Virus record (IMG/VR): IMGVR_UViG_2737471844_000004
Location: 1-13,401 of that record
Strand: one strand, 5' to 3'
Length of the DNA: 13,401 bases
Origin: a virus
Taxonomy: Duplodnaviria > Heunggongvirae > Uroviricota > Caudoviricetes
Part shown: piece after piece, positions 7,289 through 13,401 of the stretch
Layout of the letters: each line of letters begins with the position of its first letter
Numbering within the stretch: position 1 is the stretch's first letter
The notes under the pieces: model-generated
What the model saw: only the letters and a program-made list of their open reading frames with translations
What the model was told of the DNA's origin: nothing
Database searches by the model: none
Made by a program: the position numbers and the translations under genes

Positions 7289-7575
7289 TTCTTACCTCCC
7301 GCAACCAACATTGCCCGGATTTTTTTTATATTCGTGGCTGCACGTCTCGCCACTGCCTGTTGTTTGTTTTCCACCAGAATAAAATCACGATCAAACTGAC
7401 GGCGCGGCATTACGCAGTCATATTCGTAAGCCTCACGGCGGTAGGTGATATTGCCTGGCGTAACGTGACGAATAACCACCCGTCCCCCGCGTCTGGTGTC
7501 CCGGAAAATATCACCGGGGCGGATTTCAGGCCGAGAGAGGCCGCTGGCAGTAAAGCCAGAATTTTTCTTTTTCAT
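7285..7575 (-). CDS. Hypothetical basic protein (96 aa)
   Basis: ORF 7285..7575; ATG 4 nt after the upstream stop; coupled to the primase gene. Confidence 0.6.
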   Translation of the reverse strand: MKKKNSGFTASGLSRPEIRPGDIFRDTRRGGRVVIRHVTPGNITYRREAYEYDCVMPRRQFDRDFILVENKQQAVARRAATNIKKIRAMLVAGGKK

Positions 7576-7579
7576 GGTT

Positions 7580-7780
7580 TTATTTTCCTGTCAGCAGTTC
7601 CGGTTTTATTTCCGCACGAATACAAAGTTCAGAAAAAAATTCAGGAGAACCAACAATCTCATTACTTTTCAGTCGGCATTGTGATTTCACTTTCCCTTTA
7701 TCCAGGTAAACCAGTACGCGTCCGGTGAAATCATCTGGCACATTAAGCACTACGGGTACATGCACTTCATGATTATGCAT
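7580..7780 (-). CDS. Small hypothetical protein (66 aa), FTGR-motif family
   Basis: ORF 7580..7780; GGAGGATG SD; start ATGCATAA overlaps upstream stop. Shares DDFTGRVLVYLDKGKV ... PEF motif with both halves of the 7999..8364 protein. Confidence 0.6.
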   Translation of the reverse strand: MHNHEVHVPVVLNVPDDFTGRVLVYLDKGKVKSQCRLKSNEIVGSPEFFSELCIRAEIKPELLTGK

Positions 7781-8006
7781 GGCTTACATCCTCCGTGAAT
7801 TTTCTTCTGTAACGCGCCTCTGCCACATATTCCGCATAGTCCGACGCAATACTAAGAATCATTTCACCCTCTGACTTGTAGCCACTGGTATTGATAAGAA
7901 AATATGCAGCTTTCATCATGTCAGCAACGCTCAACAATGCGCCCGATGTATCTTCCGGTGCGCCATCAAATTCCCGTTTCAGGGAATTAAAACGATCATC
8001 ACGCAT
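7773..8006 (-). CDS. Small hypothetical protein (77 aa)
   Basis: ORF 7773..8006; G-rich SD; start ATGCGTGA overlaps upstream stop by 8 nt. Confidence 0.6.
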   Translation of the reverse strand: MRDDRFNSLKREFDGAPEDTSGALLSVADMMKAAYFLINTSGYKSEGEMILSIASDYAEYVAEARYRRKFTEDVSHA

Positions 8007-8364
8007 GTTTACCCCCCTGAATGACCTGATAACCGCAACTGGTCAGCAACTCGATAAATTCCGGCAGTGTGCCGAAACAGCAATCATCACGCAGCCGTTC
8101 GCAGGATACCTCGACGCCGTTTTCGTAGTGACTCACCATACGTCCGGTAAAATGCAGATCATCATCGTGATGGCTCGTTGACGGCTTAATCAGTCGCGCA
8201 CGTTCCGCCAGTTCCAGCAATGCTTCAACGCTTCCGGCAATTGCACCATCCGGCAGGTGGTAATTACGCACTATGCGCCCGTTCTCCACATGGACCAGTA
8301 GCTGCCCGGTAAATTTCTCGTCAAACTGAATGCTGTTAAGGTCAGAAATTGACAGGTTATGCAT
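7999..8364 (-). CDS. Hypothetical protein with internal tandem duplication of an FTG(Q/R)-x-LV-x-x-E-N-G motif domain
   Basis: ORF 7999..8382; preferred start MHNLSIS at 8364 with AGGAGG upstream, overlapping the upstream stop (ATGCATAA). FTGQLLVHVENGRIV and FTGRMVSHYENGVEV repeat within the protein. Confidence 0.6.
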   Translation of the reverse strand: MHNLSISDLNSIQFDEKFTGQLLVHVENGRIVRNYHLPDGAIAGSVEALLELAERARLIKPSTSHHDDDLHFTGRMVSHYENGVEVSCERLRDDCCFGTLPEFIELLTSCGYQVIQGGKHA

Positions 8365-8581
8365 GGTGCACCTCCTGCACATCAGCCATGATAATTTTTC
8401 CGGCCTTATCCAGTGCCTGATCGGCTTTTAGCTGCACAAATGCTAAATAATGGGAGATGCATTCTGATTCTCTGGCTGCGTGTTTATGCGCCACACCAGC
8501 GATAGCAGAAATCTCAATAAGTGAATCCATCAGCGTTTTGATAGCGTCTACCGCTGCATCAGGCCATGTTGCATTACACAT
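8357..8581 (-). CDS. Small hypothetical protein (74 aa)
   Basis: ORF 8357..8581; AGGAGGTGG SD; start ATGTGTAA overlaps upstream stop by 8 nt. Confidence 0.6.
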   Translation of the reverse strand: MCNATWPDAAVDAIKTLMDSLIEISAIAGVAHKHAARESECISHYLAFVQLKADQALDKAGKIIMADVQEVHHA

Positions 8582-8939
8582 GTTCCACCTCCTGGCGAAT
8601 ACGGGCGGCGAATACCATCACGCAGCCATCAGGAGATTGCTGACGTGCTTCCTGTTCGCTGGTGGCCTCGATGTGAATTACGCGCGGTTGTGCCGTGCTC
8701 AGGGCGATAAAACGCCAGATAAAATTGTTCTCGCATTTCTGAATAAACAGCGTGTTTTCTTCGCGCCCTTTCCATGTTGCCGAGATATAGCCCATGTCAT
8801 TGAGCATCTCGCAGGCATCAACCAGCGTATCAGCAGCTACGTGTACAGTGTTTTTACCGTCAGCTATGCAATCACGGTGCACCGCCAGGAAGGTGTATAT
8901 AAATTTAGGGTGAGTTTGGGTATGCTGTGTTCCAGCCAT
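8574..8939 (-). CDS. Hypothetical protein (121 aa), first gene of the leftward operon
   Basis: Internal ATG (plus 8937-8939) of the long minus-strand open frame, with GAGGT 7 nt upstream and a promoter/operator region immediately 5'. Natural-looking sequence MAGTQHTQTHPKFIYTF... Confidence 0.6.
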   Translation of the reverse strand: MAGTQHTQTHPKFIYTFLAVHRDCIADGKNTVHVAADTLVDACEMLNDMGYISATWKGREENTLFIQKCENNFIWRFIALSTAQPRVIHIEATSEQEARQQSPDGCVMVFAARIRQEVEHV

Positions 8940-9028
8940 AATCGTTACCTCATTTAACGGTTTGGTTAGACGCCCCGCTACTGCCGCAAACAGTTCGGGG
9001 CGTTGTCGTTTACATCCTCTTACTGAGG

Positions 9029-9104
9029 TGTGATTTAAATTAAATTTAACTGAATCACAGGTCAAGTATTTTTTGTGATTCTTTTTTGTGTATACTGAAT
9101 CACA
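9029..9104. promoter_or_regulatory. Divergent promoter region with two TGTGATT-N17-AATCACA operator-like palindromes
   Basis: Palindromes at 9029-9059 and 9074-9104. Plus-strand -10-like TATACT at 9091-9096 lies inside the second; minus-strand -35 TTGACC (9060-9065) and -10 TAATTT (9037-9042) overlap the first. Confidence 0.55.
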
Positions 9105-9126
9105 TCTTTTGTTTAGGAGAATGCAC

Positions 9127-9432
9127 ATGGCAAAAAACACTATCAACGACAAATCAAAACAGATTTCAATTCGTATCCCACATGATGCTTTTGAAGGCAT
9201 GGAATCCGTAAAACTGGACGGTGAAAGCAACGCCGGATTCATAGTAACCGCCATGCGCGGTGAGATCGCCCGCCGCCAGGCAGAAGGAAGCGGAGAAAAT
9301 CCCCTGGTTTCTTCGCTCGATGCGCTGGCGCAGGTGGAAAAAATCGGAGTCAAAGCTGCCGAGGAGATCGGGCAGCTCGTCACCGTCGCACGTGAAGAAC
9401 TCCAGCGCCGCAAGGCCAAAGAATCAGAATAA
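9127..9432 (+). CDS. Small putative DNA-binding regulator (RHH-like); candidate island repressor
   Basis: ORF 9088..9432; ATG at 9127 with AGGAGA 6 nt upstream. Pattern ISIRIP (beta), HDAFEGMESVKL, NAGFIVTAMRGEIARR (helices). The only plus-strand gene in the backbone. Confidence 0.65.
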   Translation: MAKNTINDKSKQISIRIPHDAFEGMESVKLDGESNAGFIVTAMRGEIARRQAEGSGENPLVSSLDALAQVEKIGVKAAEEIGQLVTVAREELQRRKAKESE

Positions 9433-9667
9433 TAACTATCATCGCCGTGGTGTGAGGAACTCCGGCGCATTGCTTTACAGGTACACAGAATGACCAACAA
9501 AGAATCAACCAATACACCATCACCGGCACGGAAAAGACGGCGCAGAAAGATAGAGCACGAATCAGAAAGATTCGCGCCATGTGCTTTTGCCCTTGAGCAA
9601 TTCCTTAAAGAGTACAGGCGCACAAAAATGGGATCGCATACCTGGAAAACATCGCGGCATGGCAATG

Positions 9668-10106
9668 TTAAAGAGCATGAATAGCCCACCAGCAAGCCAG
9701 CACACTGATCACATTGCCCACCAGCCGCAAATCTGGCATTGTTGGCAATGTGTTCAAGTGTGTAGCTTTCCCACTGGTGGCCCTCTGCAGTCGCCTTTGT
9801 TTTATCCAGAACGAAATCAGACATCAGATTGATCAGCACCTGGTGACCTGACAAAATCGCATCAGTCACGCCACCAGCAAAATTTTTTGCTTTCCGGACA
9901 GCGTGGCCAACGGCATTTTGCAGCGAAATATTCTGCATTTCTGGCGTGCTGTAGTAACGGTGATCAGTGCCTTCACTCTGTGCGACCACAACGCTATAAT
10001 CTGCCTCGTAGACAGTAAGCAATATGGCGCAGTAGGCTATTCGTTCACAAAGGCGCTCCGGCAACGGGGCGCTTTCTCTTTTTGTAACGGTCAGAGCGTT
10101 ACACAT
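9668..10106 (-). CDS. Hypothetical ORF with well-defined 5' end but unresolved 3' end; possibly frameshifted
   Basis: ATG at 10106 overlaps the AntA-like stop by 8 nt (ATGTGTAA) and starts MCNA like the gene at 8581. First ~130 aa look protein-like, then Cys/Ser-rich junk; no in-frame stop until 8574. An alternate frame ends at plus 9668. Confidence 0.3.
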
Positions 10107-10899
10107 GGCTGTTTTCCTCCATGCGACGGGCTAACCAACGCTGCGAAAGGCGAATTAATTCAGCTTTCCGCTGGTGGTAGTCCTGGCCTAACTCAATCAG
10201 CGTGATATTGCTCTGCTCAAGGTAAGAAAGGTGCTCAAGCTGCAACACGCTCATGTGGTCGCGTGGTTCACCTGTAATGCCGTTCGCCTGCGCCCACTGT
10301 TTTGCAGTCATGCCACCCAGCACGATACGCGCCAGCATGTTCGCTTCCGTGGTGTAGTGGTGCTGGAGTGTGTTTTTACCCAGTTCAGCCCGGTACGCCT
10401 CCAGCGCGGCACACATTGGCTTAAAGTAGCTGGCAACTGTGATACGGGCTTTCAGTTCCCGGCGTAACGCTGCGGAACGTACAGGCGCAACCTTGTGTAG
10501 CTCCTCCTCGCATTTGATAAAGTACTGACGAACGGCGCGCCCCTGTTCGGTGCGCTCGACCATCGCCAGTTCTTTCGCCATGTTGATAGTGCTCAGGTAG
10601 TCGTGCTCTACACGTTGGCGAGATTTTGCGCTCACCGGATTGGGGGAGGTCAAATTTTCTACGAATTCAAAATCCACGCCCTTTTTAAATCCGTACTCAT
10701 CAATGCGTCCTTTAATCCAAGTTGTGAAATCACGCTTCACACCCAGCGCCTTATGCAACGCTCTGGCGCTAACAATATTGGTTTCACGCCCGCCAATAAC
10801 GCCGGAAATAACCGGGATAATTTCGCCGAAATTTTGTTGGCTCTGGTTTTCAGGCCGAACGAAGCCCTGCCCCTGTACGGGCGTTTTTCGCAGTTTCAT
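10099..10899 (-). CDS. AntA/AntB-type phage antirepressor-like protein
   Basis: ORF 10099..10899. IPVISGVIGGRETNIVSARALHKALGVKRDFTTWIKGRIDEYGF ... MAKELAMVERTEQGRAVRQYFIKCEEEL matches the AntA N-terminal pattern I recall. SD AGGAG 5 nt upstream. Confidence 0.6.
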   Translation of the reverse strand: MKLRKTPVQGQGFVRPENQSQQNFGEIIPVISGVIGGRETNIVSARALHKALGVKRDFTTWIKGRIDEYGFKKGVDFEFVENLTSPNPVSAKSRQRVEHDYLSTINMAKELAMVERTEQGRAVRQYFIKCEEELHKVAPVRSAALRRELKARITVASYFKPMCAALEAYRAELGKNTLQHHYTTEANMLARIVLGGMTAKQWAQANGITGEPRDHMSVLQLEHLSYLEQSNITLIELGQDYHQRKAELIRLSQRWLARRMEENSHV

Positions 10900-10977
10900 A
10901 AAAACTCCTGCTATCGAATTAAGTTACTTTTTATTTGCTGGTGGATAGCTGGGGCTTCTGGCCCCGTAGCTGTTTTA

Positions 10978-11196
10978 TCAGGCTGATGTGTTTCGGCGTT
11001 CTTCCAGCCAGCGATTAACCTCTACCGCATCGAATGCAGTGCTTTTCTCACCCAGTTTGATGGGCTTAGGCATCTTCCCGCTACGCACCCAACGATCGAG
11101 CGTTGATAAGCTGGTACCCAGCAATTCAGCCAGGCGATAGCGGCGGATATAGCCAGTTGCAGGGATTGCGGTTTGAAGTATTGGTTGGTTTTTCAT
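10978..11196 (-). CDS. alpA: AlpA-family DNA-binding regulator (excisionase-like)
   Basis: ORF 10978..11289; probable start MKNQPIL at 11196. RRYRLAELLGTSLSTLDRWVRSGKMPKPIKLG ... VEVNRWLEERR is the typical AlpA signature. Confidence 0.8.
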   Translation of the reverse strand: MKNQPILQTAIPATGYIRRYRLAELLGTSLSTLDRWVRSGKMPKPIKLGEKSTAFDAVEVNRWLEERRNTSA

Positions 11197-11308
11197 ATGC
11201 CCCATTACCTTTGTTGTTGGTTTGTGATTCGTAATAGGGGCATTAAATAACAAATGAAATGATGTGTGTGTGAGTTTTAGAAAAAACACTGTGACTTTTC
11301 TTATTTCA

Positions 11309-12091
11309 CTATCTAAAACGCTCTCGCCAGCTTTTCCAAGTGTTCTTATCTGGTTGTGGGATTACAATGCCTTTTTGAGCACCTATTTGTGCAATTTTTT
11401 TATTTAACTTGTTAGGCGGCAAAGATATTATCTCATTGTCTGTTAATCCGGCAATTCTTAATAATCCATATATCATTTTAAATTGATGTATTGTTAATCT
11501 TGGTAACTTGTGATTTTCTTTTTTTATAGTGTTGTTTATGGAGTAAATTGGAAATCCATTTGTTATTGATTTATAAAGGTTGTCAATGTGCTCTCTGGTT
11601 ATTAATAATGAATCAGGTGTAATCTTAATGTTGCCGCTTGTTTTTGCATGGCATGAAAAAATAAATGTGGGATTCGCAGTGCGACGTGAAAGCGGTATGG
11701 ATGTATTCATAGAGATAGTTTTGTTTCTTACTATAGTCTCTTGAATATCAAAAACTCCAGAAACCTTTGCCTCAAAAATAACACCATTTTCTTTTATTTC
11801 ATCACTATATTCATGAATAATTATGCCAAGAGAGGAAATTTCTTTTTTGATGAGAAAAGAAATAAAATCAATATAGTCTTCATCCTTTGGCCATGTAAAA
11901 TCACGATAACCAAAATACCCCTCACAGTAAGCATTTTTTATTTTTGTGGCAAAATTAATTCTGTTAATATCCTGCCAATGCCATAAATCATCTATCTCAC
12001 ATTCTAAAATTTGAGCTGCTCTATCTAAAGAGCAGAATTCTAATGGAGGTAATTGTTTTTTTTGCCATATTGTTTCATTAATATTTGTCAT
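11309..12091 (-). CDS. Hypothetical protein (260 aa), AT-rich orphan cargo gene between int and alpA
   Basis: ORF 11309..12091. Markedly AT-rich with Asn/Ile/Lys-rich protein composition, unlike the flanking int and alpA. No motif recognised; weak RBS. Confidence 0.6.
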   Translation of the reverse strand: MTNINETIWQKKQLPPLEFCSLDRAAQILECEIDDLWHWQDINRINFATKIKNAYCEGYFGYRDFTWPKDEDYIDFISFLIKKEISSLGIIIHEYSDEIKENGVIFEAKVSGVFDIQETIVRNKTISMNTSIPLSRRTANPTFIFSCHAKTSGNIKITPDSLLITREHIDNLYKSITNGFPIYSINNTIKKENHKLPRLTIHQFKMIYGLLRIAGLTDNEIISLPPNKLNKKIAQIGAQKGIVIPQPDKNTWKSWRERFR

Positions 12092-12147
12092 GATTGCACT
12101 ACCGTTATGAAAAAATATATTCGTTAATGAATTAGCCTTAATGTCTA

Positions 12148-13401
12148 TTATTTATTAGATTGCGTGATGTCAGAACATATCATGTTTTCTAAATTCACCA
12201 GCAAATCAGTCCACTGTGCCAGCGCCGCTTTGCGCTCATCAAAATATTGATGGCGGTTATAAATGCCCTCTACGCCTTTTATGCGGTGGTTAAGGCATCG
12301 TTCAGCAACGATCGGGTCAACTCCCAATGCTGCTAAATGTGTTCGTGCTGTTCGCCGGAAGTCGTGAATTGTAAAGTTGGGGACGTTCGGCATTTCTGCT
12401 CTGACTTTTGCCAATGCAACAGGAAGGGTGCTTTCCTGGATGTGAGGGATCATTCTGTGCTGCATTTTTCTGGCAGGTAATACCCATGCGCTATTGCATG
12501 AAAATGTGTGCAATTCTCGCAACCATTCTATGGTCGCTGGTGGTAATGGTATGTCGATAGCATCGCCATTTTTAGTTCGTTGTTCTGGTAGATGCCAAAT
12601 CGCGCCATCTAAGTCGAATTCATCCCACCTGGCGGCGCATAACTCCATTTTTCTGACACACAATGCTAAGAGCAACTTAAAGGTTAATTCGTTCTGGCGG
12701 CTGAATCCTTTGGCTTTACGCATGGCCTGAAAAAATTGGATTAATTCGTCACGGTTCAGCCAGCGATCACGAGATAATTCTTTCCCACCAGCATCTGATA
12801 CTTCAAAAGCTGAGCAGGGGTTAACCTCCAAAGCAAGGCGTTTAATACCGTAGTCAAATATTCGACGTGTCCACCGAAGAACGTCAGTAGCAATTGTTGG
12901 AGCGCCTCTATCAACAATGCTTTTAAGCATGGCATCAATATGGCGTGGTTTTACATCTTCAACCTTCATGTGGCCTATGGCAGGATTTATGTCTTTATCA
13001 ATGCGCCTGCGGAGAATATCTGGGTGTTTCCATCGGGGAAGTATTTGCCGTGCAAAGTATTCGGCGGCAAGTTCAGAAACATGCAGCGCGTTTTTTTCAG
13101 CTTCTATTTTTGCCAGTGCTTCGGCTTTACGCTGCTGTTTTTCTGCGGCTACGTCATATCCCAAAGCAACTCGTGCGGAAAGTTCTTTTGCCAGTTCCCT
13201 GGCTTTTGATAACGATAATTCAGAATATGAACCAATAAGCATGGCACGAGATTTTCCTGCCAGTTTATATCGAAACCGCCATGTCGGGGATCTATCCACC
13301 TCTCTATACCGGAGATATAGCCCACCACCATCAGCACGACCTTCGAAATGTTCTCCGGCTTTTATCCATGCGCGGATCTGCATATCTGTGAGTTTTGGCA
13401 T
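12148..13401 (-). CDS. int: P4-type tyrosine integrase (site-specific recombinase)
   Basis: ORF 12148..13401, 417 aa. N-terminus MPKLTDMQIRAWIKAGEH...DGGGLYLRY and C-terminal HDFRRTARTHLAALG...ERCLNH...IYNRHQY carry the R...HxxR...Y catalytic signature. ATG sits exactly at the window edge. Confidence 0.95.
   Translation of the reverse strand: MPKLTDMQIRAWIKAGEHFEGRADGGGLYLRYREVDRSPTWRFRYKLAGKSRAMLIGSYSELSLSKARELAKELSARVALGYDVAAEKQQRKAEALAKIEAEKNALHVSELAAEYFARQILPRWKHPDILRRRIDKDINPAIGHMKVEDVKPRHIDAMLKSIVDRGAPTIATDVLRWTRRIFDYGIKRLALEVNPCSAFEVSDAGGKELSRDRWLNRDELIQFFQAMRKAKGFSRQNELTFKLLLALCVRKMELCAARWDEFDLDGAIWHLPEQRTKNGDAIDIPLPPATIEWLRELHTFSCNSAWVLPARKMQHRMIPHIQESTLPVALAKVRAEMPNVPNFTIHDFRRTARTHLAALGVDPIVAERCLNHRIKGVEGIYNRHQYFDERKAALAQWTDLLVNLENMICSDITQSNK

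Larger units (their letters stand above)
1..13401. mobile_element. Phage-satellite-like integrative island (PICI-like / P4-family); boundaries not visible in window
   Basis: Gene content and order: P4-type integrase at one end, AlpA, primase/SF3 helicase followed by iterons, small packaging-type module with TerS-like HTH protein, and no capsid, portal or large terminase genes. Backbone is visibly GC-richer than the two AT-rich cargo blocks (1-1560 and 11290-12150). No att repeats or tRNA seen. Confidence 0.6.

Noticed and set aside
9029-9104. CRP or LexA binding sites
   Set aside because: Half-sites resemble TGTGA/TCACA but the 17-nt spacer does not fit CRP (6 nt) or LexA (CTGT-N8-ACAG).
9490-9832. 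Plus-strand ORFs 9490..9684 and 9581..9832
   Set aside because: No convincing RBS; the first is a basic low-complexity peptide and the second reads as junk. Kept only as a possibility for the first.
8574-10106. Single 510-aa protein from the long minus-strand open frame
   Set aside because: It would run antisense through a well-supported gene and a promoter/operator region, and its middle translates to Cys/Ser-rich junk. Only the two ends are treated as coding.
10937-10975. Hairpin GGGGC-ttctg-GCCCC between alpA and the antirepressor-like gene as a terminator
   Set aside because: No adjacent U-tract on the minus-strand transcript; could be a regulatory hairpin but evidence is insufficient.
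12494-13238. Plus-strand ORFs antisense to the integrase (12494..12730, 12940..13209, 12945..13238)
   Set aside because: Entirely within the integrase CDS on the opposite strand; hydrophobic or Cys-rich shadow translations.

Overview
The window reads as most of a phage-satellite-type integrative island (PICI-like or P4-family) from an enteric host, almost entirely on the minus strand. From the right edge: a P4-type tyrosine integrase (12148-13401), an AT-rich orphan gene, AlpA, an AntA-like antirepressor, a divergent promoter/operator region with a small RHH-like regulator on the plus strand, a chain of translationally coupled small genes leading into a primase/SF3-helicase, an iteron-rich candidate origin, a FinO/ProQ-domain gene with a (CAG)9 poly-Q tract, a PerC-like regulator, tandem terminators, and a four-gene packaging-type module ending in a TerS-like HTH protein next to a TTGACAC repeat array. 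No capsid, portal or large terminase genes are present, so the element would depend on a helper phage. The left 1.25 kb holds the most interesting candidate: an AT-rich, overlapping two-gene operon (DUF3800-like protein plus a 162-aa unknown) on the plus strand, convergent to the backbone, in the position where satellites carry anti-phage or accessory cargo. All protein family calls are from motif recognition by eye, not from searches. No tRNA, rRNA or CRISPR array was found; attachment sites are not visible in the window.
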